Positions 1 to 13,422 of a DNA stretch of 64,000 nt are shown piece after piece (position 1 is the first letter of the stretch; the number at the start of each line of letters is the position of its first letter). The notes beneath the pieces are model-generated. The model made no database searches and was not told where the DNA came from. It was given only the letters and a program-made list of their open reading frames with translations. This stretch comes from Lama guanicoe (taxonomy: Eukaryota), in NCBI GenBank assembly GCA_013239625.1, contig MU054212.1, positions 6,670,270 to 6,734,269 on the forward strand. Reading direction: 5' to 3'. The translations under genes were made by a program, and so were the position numbers.

Positions 1-149
1 CTATTTCCTTGCGGTGCTGACTGAGGCAGGGGAAATGGTCTCCCAGTTCAGAATGCAGAGCCTGGGTTAATTCTGAAGTAAGCTAGAGGGACAGGTCTCT
101 CAGTTTAGCTATGGTTACATTCCGCCCCAATTCAGTGATCAGAAGAGGC

Positions 150-1480
150 CACTTGGAAGGGTCCTCACTTGCACAGGCGCCTTCCAAGTCTCTGGGTGGG
201 GCCCTTGCAACGTGTAAAATTTGAAAAAATAAGACATCTTAATTGCAGTCGATTAAGATTGTTTTCTAGTTCCACTTGGACTTTCCCTCATGTCAGATAG
301 TGTTGGAGGGCCCGTGAACATTTTTCAGAGATGGCGAAAGGGAAGGTGAATCAGGAATTTAGTGTAGGTAGAGTAGGATGTGGTCGGATGTATCATGTGT
401 TCACAATTACAGATCTTCCTCCACTCGCGATGGGGTTACGTCTCAATAAATTCATCGTAAATTGAAAATACTGTAAGTGGAAAATGCACTTAATACACCT
501 AACCTACCAAATAACACAGTTCAGGCTAGCCTACCTCAAACGTGCTTAGAACACCTTCATCAGCCTACAATTGGGCAAAACCATCTAACACAAAGCCTAT
601 TTTATACTGAAGTGTTGAGTCTCTCCTGTAATGCATTGACCTCTGTTCTGAAAGTGAGACAAGGAGCGGTTCTGGATACAGACGGTTGTGAATTTATGGG
701 TTGTTTACTCTCAGGATCACGTGGCTGCCTGGGAACCGCAGTTCACCGTCCATGCCCAGCATCTCAGGACAGTATCGTTTGCATACCGCTAGCCCAGGGA
801 AAGATCAACATGCAAAATCAGACATAAGGTTTCTACTGAATGCATATTGCTTTTGCATCACTGTAAAGGTGAAAAATTGTTAGCTGAACGTAAGTCAAGG
901 ACCATCTGTACTTCCACGTAGACAACCAAGTAGAGTAAAGTTTGTTGCTAGTGCCCCGCCCTGCTCCCCCACCTCTCAGTGAAAGGATGACCACCAGGGA
1001 TATTCTGACTTTGCGCCATGCTGACTCACACAAAATAGAGACAAGGAAGTGTAGAATGGAAGCTGTATTGTCATAGGAATGTCCCTGAAGAATGTGGCAT
1101 TATTTAAGAGGGTTCTCTGCACAAGAAAACTTCAAATCTTACAGCTTGTATATGAAAGAAACTTACTGAGTTTCTCCCAAATACATCATACTATCCATAC
1201 ATACAACTTGGGAAGCTGAAAATATTTTCTAAACTACAATATTAAAAAAAATTGACCAATCATGTAAAAAAGGCTAGAAAGACTAATTGACATATATATT
1301 TTTTTCCTCTAGAAAATGGTATTAAAATCTTTGCCATTGTGCAATTGAAGACTATGAAGAGAAAGTTTCAGGGAAAAGAGTTTTATGGAGGTGTGTATAT
1401 GGCAGCTACTTAGTTAAACTTTTGTGATTTTTGTGGATTTTTAATGTTTGGGCTATTGCTAGCTTTTAAACATTTGTCAT
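150..1480 (+). mobile_element. hAT-Tip100 DNA transposon fossil (Zaphod/MER115-like), interrupted by a MER47-type MITE
   Basis: 220-400 and 915-1030 resemble the recalled MER115/Zaphod consensus (aaaataagacatcttaattgcagtcgattaagattg...). 1215-1370 resembles a decayed hAT C-terminal dimerisation region (ttttctaaacta...gaaagacta). Boundaries approximate. Confidence 0.55.
410..908 (+). mobile_element. MER47/Tigger5-type TcMar-Tigger non-autonomous element
   Basis: Begins CAGAT and ends ATCTG, flanked by TA target duplications (408-409, 909-910). Body matches recalled MER47 (aaaatgcacttaatacacctaacctacc...aacacaaagcctattttata). Confidence 0.85.
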
Positions 1481-2299
1481 TTTAGGCACCAGAGAATGTG
1501 TATCTGCTCCAGTATGCACCCCACATTTGCTTCCCTGAGAATCCTGCCTAGTGTGTTAGAAGTAGCTATGAGAGTAGATGGATTTCTCTGACACACAAAG
1601 ATGGAGGGCTGAATATAGATTTAGAGCCTCTGCATTTCAGGAATCGTCTCCTGTGACATGAAGAGTCGAGCCTCTTAAGAGTTTCCTTCTGTTTGTGTGG
1701 CCCCCCTTCCCTACTGGCCTAGAAGAATCCTGTGGCTCCCAAGGGCTCAACTTGCTACCTGGAACCACGTAGATAATTAATTTGTCACCACCGAGGCTAG
1801 GTGGCTTGGACTTCTTTGTTCCAGTGGTGCTGATGGATTCCACTTCACACCACTCAACAAACACCCAATGCTATGTGTAAGGTGACATCGGCACTGACAT
1901 GTTGTTCCTGAGAACAAATGCTTTGATGTTTGTGCAGTAGCAGAACTGGTGCTGTATGAGAATTTGATCCTTTAGGCACACTGCCAGTTATCAATATGGT
2001 TCTGAAATCTGCAGAAACTTAGACACTCTTCTGGTATCTTAACTCCTAGCCTGGCTTTTTTTTGAAGTCATACAGATTCATGATATCAATTTAGCAACCT
2101 CCACCCCAAATTTCTTTATTCCAATGGCAGAATCTGAGGTTGAATTTGTGCTAAATGAATTTCCTAATAAAATACAATTTATTAAAGTGATTAAAAAAAA
2201 CTGCCAAAATATTTTGGAAGATGATATATTGTTGATCAAACCATCTCAACAACAATTTAAGCGGTCCAATTCTCTATCCCAGGGTGGACATGGTGATTC

Positions 2300-2404
2300 T
2301 GTATGTGTGCATGCATGCATGCATACATGTATGCGCACACATATGCATTCATGTGCACACATGAATCACATATTTACACACACATCTACATACATACATA
2401 TACA
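2300..2404. repeat. Degenerate alternating purine-pyrimidine (CA/TG/TA) low-complexity tract
   Basis: tgtatgtgtgcatgcatgcatgcatacatgtatgcgcacacatatgc...catacatacatatac. Confidence 0.8.
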
Positions 2405-4535
2405 GAAAATCTAATTACTGTATATGTGCACTTTGTAAAACTTACAAATTACTTTACCCATCCTTAGAAGGAATGATCTATTAAAATATTGTTTTAGGAC
2501 CAATGTAATAGCTTTAATAGATTAAGAAATATTACCTGTGTCCTGTGAACCATGTGGAATCCACTATTCAAGAATATATACACCAGTTTGCTCAGTGGCT
2601 TTGTATATTTCCCAAGAGCGGGGCACTGTGTGGCAGATGCAAACTTTAGGCAACTAAATACATTCGCTCTCCCTTCTAAATATTTCAGAGGGGACAACAT
2701 CAGTCCCCAGAATCCAATCCTCGTCCAGCTCTGCCTGGGCACAGGGAGTGAACAGAAGGAATATGCTTTAGGCAAAGGGCCATCAGAGCTCATCTCTGGC
2801 ATCTAGGCAGCAAACGGTGGCAAGTGAATCTGAGCTGTAGAACAGCAAGAGGGTGGCTGATGAGTCTCCCCTCTAAACACTGCAGGTGACACCAACCTGT
2901 TGTCACAACAGGCTGACCAGAAATGAATGGGAGACTGTCCCTGGCTTCCAGCATCCCCTTCACGTCGGAGATGCTCTCCTGTTTGCTCTCTGATGTACCC
3001 TACTGAGAAGATATGCAGTTCCACTATGAGGGCCCAAGGGTAACTTAAATAATTTCTGAAGTTATAGCTTACCGTAAGTGTTCATGCACTTACTCTGCTG
3101 AAGAAAATGAATTTACTACATGGAATCACACTCCTCTTAAAATATCCCTGGGTCTCCACAACCTACAGATACATAACAAGCGAAAAAGTACTTACAGACA
3201 CCGATCTATTAAACCATTTCCCTAAAGTACCTACAGTCTTTTCAGATGAAACAGAAAAAAAAAATCATTAAAGCTATGGTTTGCCAGACAATTACTTTGT
3301 CAAATCTCAAGAAATTGCATAATAAATTGTATACATGCACCAAACATGAACACCAGAGTCTAACAAGCTGTGTCCTTCTAGTCCACTTGCTCTTTCATCC
3401 AGACAGTAGCCTTTGTTTTCAAGAACAATTCTATATCCCTTTTGAAGGCTTTCATAAAATATAGCTATACATTTATCTATCAGCTAAGTAGAAATAATTG
3501 AAACACTTAATATGCACAGTAATAGGGAAACGCATGAATAACTTCATTATTAATGTCTATTGATTATTTATGTTTTCAAATAGGCAAATGTAGCTGCTAG
3601 TATTTTTATCATGTAAATCTATATGTGTATTTTGGTTTTACCTGTTTATTGGCAAATTTACAATCCACATTATGGGCATTTTTATTGCTTTAGACACTTA
3701 TTTGATATGTGCATAACCAAGGTCAGTTTACAACCTGACAAGTGTTTACTCAGTTTGATTACTATGTTACATTCCTGGGCTGATTTTTCCCTTTGGAAAA
3801 TTAACTGTACAAGGAAGGCCAGTAAATCTTTACTTAAAAATTCCAAACTTTAGATTGATTTCAGCAGTGAGTTTGTATTGATCTCAAAAGCTTTGCGTTC
3901 CTAACTAAAAACTAATCTTTATTTCACCCTTTAGTGACTGTAGTCATAAATATGCTCACTCCTACCAGTGTAGAGTGGATTGATGGTTATTGGAGATTAG
4001 GGCTTCCAACTGAGGCTGGGAGCCTTAACCTTTGGAGGACAACATGAAGGCATTTACCCCTTGTCAGCTATAATCCCCAGGTCCGTTTTTGACATTTACC
4101 TGAGTGTTAAAGAGGAAGCAGAGCAGGGACAGGGGAATAAAGCTCCAGAGATTCTGCTTGGCGATTAATCACTCAGGGTTAGACTGACTGCTCTGCTTGA
4201 TCCAACTGCTTCCGGCCATTAGAGTCGCCAAAAGGCATGGCCCTGCCACTCGACGCTGGAACCCAGGTTAACTCCTCCCCGGGAAGACCTTTACTGCCTG
4301 CCTTTGAGGAGGGACATACTGCGTTGCTAAAACCCATCTGTTTATCATTCTAACTCTGCTGTACTGATGGAACAAACGTTTTGGTTGAGTGTGTCTAACC
4401 CATTTGCAAGATCTAATTATAGAGAATAAAAGAGTTAAAAAGGAACTGAACAGAATTTGTTTTATCAAGGGATGATCAATAACAGTCCAGGCAGCAGCAG
4501 ACAGATGGCTGACAAGCGGTAATGAAACCGTAAAG

Positions 4536-4690
4536 CAGTGTTTCTCAAAGCGTGGTCCTTGGTACCTCTTGAATCACAACAGCAAAATTAAGAGTGTGAA
4601 TTGAGAATCTCCTGGGTGCTAGCAACCTGATCTTCAACAAGCACCCCAAGGAGCATTTATGCTCCCCAAGCACGAGACCTCCAGTTGGAA
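4536..4690 (+). mobile_element. MER5-type hAT-Charlie fragment
   Basis: cagtgtttctcaaagcgtggtcc start and ttcaacaagcacccc motif typical of MER5. Confidence 0.55.
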
Positions 4691-4758
4691 TGCTGGTGTG
4701 TTTTACTCCTTTACCACTTTCTATGGTGGAAAGTAAGAATTTTCATTCTCTTGGATCT

Positions 4759-5214
4759 GATGGCAGAAGTTACTATTCACTAACTCAGTATCCATGTTTT
4801 CCTTTCTCTTTGATAATGAAACCTTAATTTTCACCTAAGCTTCTTGCTGCTCAGTTGTCACTTCCCAGCCTTCCTCACAGCTAGATGCAAAAGGGGCTTT
4901 TCTGCGGGACTTATAAAATGTCTCCTTTAAAGGATGGGAGCATGCCCTTTTTCTTCATTTTCTCCAATCTGCTGCCTAAAAAGTGCCTAAATTAGCTGGA
5001 GCCTCAGCAGCACATGCTGGATCGTGAAGACAAGGCTGATGGGCTGGAAAGGGTCTGGGTCCCTGATGGTTTCATGAAACCACCACACGGGTCCTGGACT
5101 GATTCTGACTGCACCTCTTTTACATGACAGAATAAAACCTGAGTGTTTAATCTCATACTAGGGTGGGGAGGGAGTCAGTGTAATTCATAACTGAATGAAT
5201 TACTAACCAGTCCA
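4759..5214 (+). mobile_element. MaLR solo LTR (MLT1J-like)
   Basis: cttcccagccttcctcacagctag, gctggagcctcagcagc and aataaaacctgagtgtttaa motifs in MLT1 order. Confidence 0.6.
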
Positions 5215-6045
5215 GACCCCATTTAGGATCACGAGCTAACTTCAGGCAAGATCCTCTGCCTTCAGATGATCCCAACTTTCCCTCGAAGCATACTTTTGGA
5301 CTGTGAGGGTTAAAGTTGTGCCTGAATGTTAATAGTGACTTTGTTATGTTTCTGTGAGCTCGGGAGTCAAGGGGCTCCTCCTGCTCCTGCTTAGAATTTC
5401 AGAAAAGGATGTGATTGCCCAGCTGTTGTCCACAGAAAGGTGACAGGTTTTCAGTGGTTAGTTGGCCGCAGGGGGTCCTATGGAGGGTGGCCGCCCCAAG
5501 GACAGATGTGCATGCGAGAACCTGGATTGCCTGTGAAAGCAATTGATCACTTAGTAGTGCCCTCCATGCTCCATGAAGTTAACCTTTATCAGACTTAAGG
5601 CTAGGACTATTACATATGGATGAAACACAGTGTCTTACAGACGTTCAAAGCTTACTTAAAGTGTCCCTTTTACCTTGAAGAGGAAAAGGTTGTATTCCTT
5701 TTCTCTCATTAATATTTTTATTTTTTTTCTGTTCCAAATCTGATGCTGTCGAGTCTTTATCTCCGGGCAGGGATACACTTAGAACACTTACTGTCAAGAC
5801 AATGTGCAAGTGTGGCAAGCAAAGAAAGATTCTCTATTTCCTTCACCGACACTGGCTCACTCATTGAAATCATTTTTTAGATGGTTTCCCCCTTTTCCTT
5901 TTCTCTCTCATTCTTCCTTAAGTGCTTTAGGATGATTACCTTTATAGGTACATTGATGAATAGGACAGCTACTGATTCGCTTGCAGTATAATTTGTTATT
6001 AAATTTCACATTCCGACAGCCAGTGTGACCCTGGTTATGTTAGAG

Positions 6046-6235
6046 CCAGGATTCTCAGAGTGTGGTCCCTGGGTCGGCAGCAACAGCATCACCTGAGAAC
6101 TTGTTAGAAATGCAAATTCTTGGCCCCTTATCCTGGATCCACTTAATCAGAAATTCTGGAGGTGGGGTCCAGCAACTAGTGTTTTTACAAGCCTCTCAGG
6201 TGATTCTGATGTCCATTCAAGTCTGAGAACCATTG
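6046..6235 (+). mobile_element. MER5A (hAT-Charlie MITE), full length
   Basis: ttctcagagtgtggtccc...cagcatcacctgagaacttgttagaaatgcaaattct...tgagaaccattg; degenerate 8-bp flanks tgttagag / ttgcagag. Confidence 0.9.
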
Positions 6236-7471
6236 TTGCAGAGTCAGTCTGGCCATATCTTCAAGTCAATACACCAAGAATGTTTAAAGGTTAATATTTC
6301 TTAATGTTTCCACCCAAGTGAAATCTTAGAGAGACTCCTACATATTGGATAGTGAGCATTTAATCATATCTTTTATCTCATCTATCTTCAGTCTACAGAA
6401 AACAGGGCCACGCAAGAAGGTGACTCAATTTGTGCTAAAATAGCACTAATAATAGTAACACCAAACACGGTGTAAGTTTTTTTTTTTAGTCTTCAAACTG
6501 CTGACACCTACAACATCATTTCATTATGCAAAGGATTCAAATATACCATCTGAGCCAATGCAAGCTAATTGCAGGAAAACAGTAATAAACACAAACTATT
6601 GCAGGACCACATTTCATTCTTCTCTTTATATCTCTCGTTCTCTAGCATTAGAAACTATACTGGTAAAATAATACTATTTAATGAATGAACATCTAAATGA
6701 ATGATATTTAAGTGTGGTATGCTAATAAATTAGGGGGGAAAAATCTATGGAGTTTTAGGCCAAATCCATTTGAATGGAGAGAGAGAGACTATGAAAAGTT
6801 TCCCTTTTCTAATTATAATTAGACATGAAGACGTTTGACAAAGGTTAATACTCACTGACTCACAGATGCACTGTTCAGACTGACATTTTAACGGGAAACA
6901 TAAACTCAAGATAGCTATTGGGTCACACTCATGAGGTCAGTCTTCTTTCTGTATTATTATTAAATTCTACTATGTGGGAGAATATAATTTTTCAAGAACA
7001 TAAATATGATATTTAGGAGTTGATTTACATGATTCTTGAATCCATGTTAAAATTACACCTATAAGTTGGGATGTTATTCTCCATTAGTTTACGAAATATG
7101 GCTTAAGTAGTATTTTTTAAAATAATATTAAAAATAAAAATTAAAAGTTGTTTTTAGGAAATGGGGAAAATTAAACAAAGAACACCTTTAAAAAAAAACT
7201 AACACCTAGATAAGTGCTAAGATTATTAAAGGCATTAGTCAAATACTTCTACTCATATTCCAAGATTGTCATCCTAACCAAATATTTCAGGGTTTGATAA
7301 TATTTTCTGTTAGCTTTGAGACTTGTAAAAAAACAGCATCAATCCTGAGACTTTTAATCTTTTCATAAGCTTTCCAAAAACAGCAAATCCCAAACCATAG
7401 TATTTTGAAGCAAACTTCTGATAAAGAATTTGGAGTATTTTCAATAAGAATAACTTAAAATTAAATTTCCA

Positions 7472-7710
7472 GGAGTGTGCTTTAGTGGAAAAGATTCAAG
7501 CTTTCGTGTTAGAAAACTGGGCTCAAGTTCTGCCTCTGTAATTTACTAGCTATAAGGCCCAGTTATTTACCCCAGTGAGCCTCAGTTTCCTCATCTGTAA
7601 ATTGGGAGTGATATTAATACCTGCCTCATTGAATTTTTGTTAACATCAAACAGAACTACGTGTGTTGATTTTCTAGCCTCGCAAATGGCAAACAGAAGGT
7701 CCTTGATATA
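7472..7710 (+). mobile_element. MIR SINE
   Basis: core gagcctcagtttcctcatctgtaaattggg. Confidence 0.9.
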
Positions 7711-8681
7711 AAATTCTTATAAAACTGTTATTAGTATGAAAGAAAACGCAAATGTCCATGAAATAAGTTGTAAAACATAAGAGAATGCATAAATGTTGGC
7801 TGATATATTAGTTTTTGCCAGAAACAAAGTAAAATAACTAGAGTTGGAGAATCACTCCTTCCAAGCATACATTTGATAAATTCAAACCAGTTGGACTTTC
7901 TTCAGGCACATACTAAAGACTCAGCAAATCTGAGGAAACACCAAAGTTATCCATCAAATGATATGAGAGAAAGCCATTCATTACACAATTCGCTAATAAT
8001 TCAGGAGAAAGCTGTTCTTGAATGCTGGTACGCTAAGAGACAAATAACTAGACAGGCACATTCAGACGGTCTACAAGTCTCTCAGCAACATGAATGTGAC
8101 ACTGAGTTTTTTAAGAGAAAAATAAAAATGAAAGAGAAAGTGAGTGACGGTGTTCAAAAATAATCCCACCTTAGGTTCTTAAGTAATTTCCACATCCTCA
8201 TCTACTACTTACTCTAAAGGAACAACAGTGAAATAAGGATGAATAGTTAACAGCCTGGAAGACAACCTGCCTGTCATCCTGTAACTCACTGAGCCCCGGT
8301 CTTTCCTGAACACCTCCAAAGTGTAGTGTGCTTGAAGGGGGAACTTGAAGACAAAAAAGATACAATATTTGCTCTGGAAATGTTCAGCAATCCAACTGTG
8401 CAGGACTTACGAGAAAGGAGGATAATTGTTGAATTGAGTAATCACTGAATACAGAGCTAAAACTCAAGACGAGTGAAAGCAACCAGCAGACAAAGCACTA
8501 ACTAAAACACAATCACCTTGAGGGGCTCTCATGAAAAACTTAGAGTTCTGCACACTGTATAAACAATAGCATCGGCACACCAGTCAGAGAAGGCTTAAAG
8601 GCAAAGCTGCTGAGATTCTAACAGCTCCGAGGTCCTTAAGTTTTTTTGTAGTTATAAGCACAAGAGATTATTTACATAGAG

Positions 8682-10245
8682 CAGCAGCTCTTAAAATGTG
8701 ATCTGCAGACCCTTAGGGGTGCCTGAAATCCTTTCAGAGAGTCCATGAGGTCAAAACTATCTTTATAATAATACAAAGATAACATGTCCATGTTGACATT
8801 TGTACTGATGGGGAAGAAGTGATGTGGGTCTATCAATGTTTTGATAAGAGTCGAGGCAGTGACATCAAACTAAAGTAGCAGCTATTGTGTTTGTAAATGC
8901 TATGCATCTCCAGTTTAAAAATATTGTCAGTTTAACTTAAGAACATACTTGATGAAGCAATAAAAATATTAATTTTATTACCTTTTAACCTTGAATACAT
9001 ACCTTTTTAATAATATGTATGACAAAATGGGAAGTTATCCTATCTACCAAAGCATAATGGTTGTCTGAAGGAAAAATTCTTGTGTAACTGTTTGAGTTGC
9101 AAGCTAAACTAGCCTTTTTTTTTCTTTTTCATGGAACATGATTTGACTTGAAAGAATGACTGACAGGTATTTTCAGATTTGGATATACGGCAGAAATTTT
9201 CTGGACAATGAACAGAATGAATCTGTCACTTTAAGAAAAACAACTGACAGTTTTTCTTGCCAAGGCTGAAATTTGAGCTTTCCGGTGAAAAACAGAATTT
9301 TGGAAAGCCTATATTAACCACCTGAACTTGATTTAAACACTTATCTAATGAGATTGGTTGTACCATTAATGGACGATATTTTAAAAAATATTGTATAATG
9401 ATATGTGCCAACATTTAGAAACTTTGCATAATTCAGTGAAGTGATATTTTCTAAATATTAACTTTGATGATACAAAATCATACAGGGGTAAAGGATTCCT
9501 GAAAAATGCAAGGCAGACCAGTAGATTTTAATCTAACAGGACCAAAGTTAATTAGTATGACTTCATATACTGCAAATGATTATAGGGAAATATCACTTGT
9601 TGAGTTTTGATGTAATATCAAAAAATAATATCTAAAATTAGTTGAAATGGCCACAAAAATGCCCTTTCTTTTCTAACTACATGTCTCTGTGAGTCTGGAC
9701 TTTCATATGTTCCTATCAGAGCAACATATTATGACAAACTGAACGTAGAAGCAGACATAAGAATCCAGTTGTAAGCTGGTAAGCCAGATACTAACATGAT
9801 TTACAAACATATTAAAAAGCCACCCAGAGAAAAAAATGTGACAATGAGTGTGTATATGTCCATGAATGACTGAAAAATTGTGCTGAACACTGGAATTTGA
9901 CACAACATTGTAAAATGATTATAAATCAATAAAAAAGTTTAAAAAAACAAAAAAAAAACCAAAACAAAACAAGCCACAATTCTTACTAATTTTCATTTGT
10001 TTTGGATAATACAGTTACTATTCCTAAATTGTCATTTATTTTAATCTTTACTTTTCCTAAATCATGATTTATTTATGTAACAGATTCATCTTTTTAAATA
10101 GATTAATAAATATGTTTTTGAAGTGTCTCCTTTTTCATTTGTAGTTATGAAATAGGTATAAACCAAGGAACAAAAATCTCTTTGGTGTACTCAATATTTT
10201 TTAAGAATGTTAAAGTTTCCTGAAGCAAAAATGTATGAGAAAATG
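8682..10245 (+). mobile_element. Charlie1a-like hAT element, near full length, with an L1 insertion
   Basis: Start cagcagctcttaaaatgtgatctgcagaccc...ccatgaggtcaaaactat; internal gtttgagttgcaagctaaactagcc; end tgagaaaatg. Confidence 0.8.
9824..9970 (+). mobile_element. Young 5'-truncated L1 3' end with A-rich tail
   Basis: tgacacaacattgtaaaatgattataaatcaataaaaaa plus tail; TSD aagccac at 9817-9823 and 9971-9977. Confidence 0.85.
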
Positions 10246-11369
10246 ACTCTTGGTAACATTTTGACTTCTCACTCACACCCTCCGAGGAAGATCTCACAAT
10301 CTTGGCCAAATGTCACATTTGGGCATGAAAAGGACAAGGTTAACCTCGCTGTGTTGGATGTCCCTGGGGATCCCTGCGGATGGTGGTGGGCATCATTAAT
10401 GGACTTCCTGAAGATCCGCAAGAAGTGACTGCCTTGCAAGCAAGTCCCTCTGGTAAAATCCTCAGGGCATTTAGTCTCTGAAGGCCAAAATACTTCTAGC
10501 ACTGGAGCATAAGGTACTTTGATTTTGTGATACCTCAGGATGTTAAAAACTGATCTCAATGGATGATTACTAAAAAAAAAAAACTTTGTATCAAATAACG
10601 TTAATTTGCTTACATTTTAAAAAAAGTTTATAAATACTGAACTTACGATTGCTTCTTATAGATGTGTGTGTGATGTGTACATACAAGTATGTATGTGTGT
10701 ATGCATATGTGTATAAATATGGTGTCTAGTATTGACTAGCTGAGGGGTGTGGACAGTAAAACTTTAAGAGGCATCCATGGCTGTAGAGACGATGCTTATG
10801 ATCTGAACTAATATAATCATTACTGAAGCGCACCTGTTACACTTTCCCTTCAATTCTAGCCACTTTATTCTTTTGTTTTTCTTCTTTCTTCCCAGAGAGG
10901 TTCTAGCTCAGTACCCTTATTGTAATTGACTCCCCCAGGCTCTGTCCATTTTTATTAAGCACCAAAATGTCAGCTAGTTAGCCAAAAGATGTTGCTGAAC
11001 TCTGCACGGAGCACTGCACACGCTCATATTTAAAGGTATACATGAGCAAGGAGGCCGTGTGCTGAGCCAGGACTAGGTCCCCAGGAGTCAGAAGGCCTCT
11101 CCTTTTGTCATTCCCTGCAGATGCCCAAATTTCCTCTTAGAACAAAATCCCTTCAGTGTTAGGCTGAAAACATGGGGGAAAATCTATATACCTCCAACGT
11201 GGCAATCGAGCATTGGTTTCTTACTGTGAATGAAGAAATCCAGGATCTCTGCTCAGTAGGGATCTGGAAGGAGAGGCTGGCAGAGGCCCCTCCTGTCCGG
11301 AAGGGGCTGAAGGATGCAATAGCCCGGATGCAAGAGCCCGTGTCGGGTAGCGGCCGGAGCGGTGCCGGC

Positions 11370-11575
11370 TAAACCTGGGTTTGAGTCCCTGTTCTCCCAC
11401 TCGCTTACCAGCTGGGTGACTCGAGGCCATCTACTTAATCTCGGGGAGCATCAGCCTCCTCATGTAGTAAATGAGGACAATCTTGTCTCCCTTGCAGGCT
11501 TGAATGAAGAGTCAATGAGAGCAAGCGTGTGCCATGCCTGGAACACAGTAGGTGTCCACTAAATGCCAATTTTCT
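11370..11575 (+). mobile_element. MIR SINE
   Basis: cctgggtttgagtccc...cttaccagctgggtgac...tgcctggaacacagtaggtg. Confidence 0.8.
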
Positions 11576-13379
11576 GTCTCTATTTTCGCAGTTTTCACAC
11601 ACATTTTGACATCTCTGACCTTTTGAATGGATAAATGGATCTTTGTTTTCAGGGAACAACCAGACATTTTCTAAACTCTTCCCCAGGCTCTGATGAGTTT
11701 ACCTGTTGGAAAACTTTTCATCATCTCTGACACAGGCCACTATCAAAAGCTTTGTTTAAAAAAAAAAATACAAAGAATAGAGGGTTCATTCTTTTCTCTT
11801 GTCTTCACGGTCAGTTGTGTCTTCCAGAAATTCCAAGGAGTTAGTGAGGCCTGACCTTCCTCTTTTTCTTCTTCTCTTTTTGTAAAGCATGCCAGCAATC
11901 TTTAATCACGCTGTGATTTTCTAAATGCCACCCAGGTTGGTTTCTGAAACAGTTTCTAACAAAGATTTAACCCACAGACACACAAACAGCTGATCTGTAC
12001 TTCCCAGAGCCTCAGAAGCATCTTGTCTTTCAAAAATCATACTTGTCAGTTTTCTCTTTTTCTTTCCATATTCATTTCTAGAGGGAAGCATCTCCTTCTG
12101 GTATAGATTTTCATAAAAATTCTGTCCCAATTATAGGGGGTTTGGGGTGCTGACTCTTTGTTGGGGTGATTAACATGAGAAATATTTTATAACATTTTTC
12201 TCTTCTAAAAGAAAAAAAGTGGCTATGGAAAGTAAACAGAGATGATCTATTAGCTGCTTCCTAGTCACCTACTTTTCACCTGATTTGCTCCAAAAGCTCA
12301 CTGTTTGAAATGAGAAGGTTTGGAAAGGAAGTTAGTAAAGAGAAAATAAGCTAAGATATTGCTCTAAAAACTGTCAGAGATCATGCTGTTGACCTACCTT
12401 CCTCCACGCTGGCCATCCAATCACTCTGACGGAAGAGGAGGAACTGGTAAGGGGTCTAGAACCAGGCACATGCACATGGACAGAGCCAAGACAAAAACAC
12501 CCAACAACCGATGGCCAGAAAGTCTACAAGAAAGCCTTTCATCAGAAATAGGAGGAGACCTTAGAAAAACAAATGCTCCCGTCAGTCTGTTTCTTTGTGG
12601 TGAACACTTTTCTGCCCTACTTGCTTGGATGTGGCCATGATGACATCTGAAGTCGTGGTGAGCAAAGACAGAAGCACAGCTCAAAGGGACGGTCTTAGGA
12701 TGAGCAATATGGTAAAATGAACTGCAAAGTAAGTACAATAACCCCAAAAAGTTATAAGTAAAAACTGGCAAAAGCATCGCTGAAATGAGCTCTCTCTTTT
12801 TGAATTGTATTTGCTTCTTGGTTGGGCAAGAAATCTGGATCCTTTTTATTTGACGAACTATTGACAATGAGAAGTTCTCTATTGTTGGGACCCTTGGATG
12901 GCTTGTCCATTTTGCCATATATACCCCTCTTTTCCTGAGAAACGGTCAGATGAAAATGCTGGAGCTACTTTTTGAAGTGAACTGCAGCATACGATGCACC
13001 ACAAGACAGAGACATCTGATGTGGCATTTGATGATGAAGGCCTAATTGGCTGGACTCGGTGCCTGATGTGGTCAGCCTTTTTGCATTTCCTTGCACCTTA
13101 GATTTCTGTTTTAAAGATTTACTTCCATTCCTTTCAGATCTCCAGTGCATGCAGTGGACGTCCTCCTTAAGCATTCCTGGCTTTCTCTCTTTTTTCCTCC
13201 CACTAGGTTGCATGCGTCCATCACCCTGTGAGCAATAGGTCTGACAGCATGAGGCAGCTTTCTCAAAGTGTAGTGGGGATATCTTCCGTTATTTGTTGAG
13301 CTTATTACAAGGTTTCCTCTTCATCACACCCAACATACTGTTTGCAAAACATACTGCAAATAACCATCCATCACTCTAC

Positions 13380-13422
13380 CTCATCGTATCACTGCCCTTT
13401 ATTTCTTCTCCTCTAGGTAAGT
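13380..13422 (+). other. Candidate recursive splice site (3' splice site immediately followed by a consensus 5' splice site)
   Basis: 19/20 pyrimidines at 13395-13414, AG at 13415-13416, GTAAGT at 13417-13422; no AG between 13312 and 13414. Confidence 0.35.
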
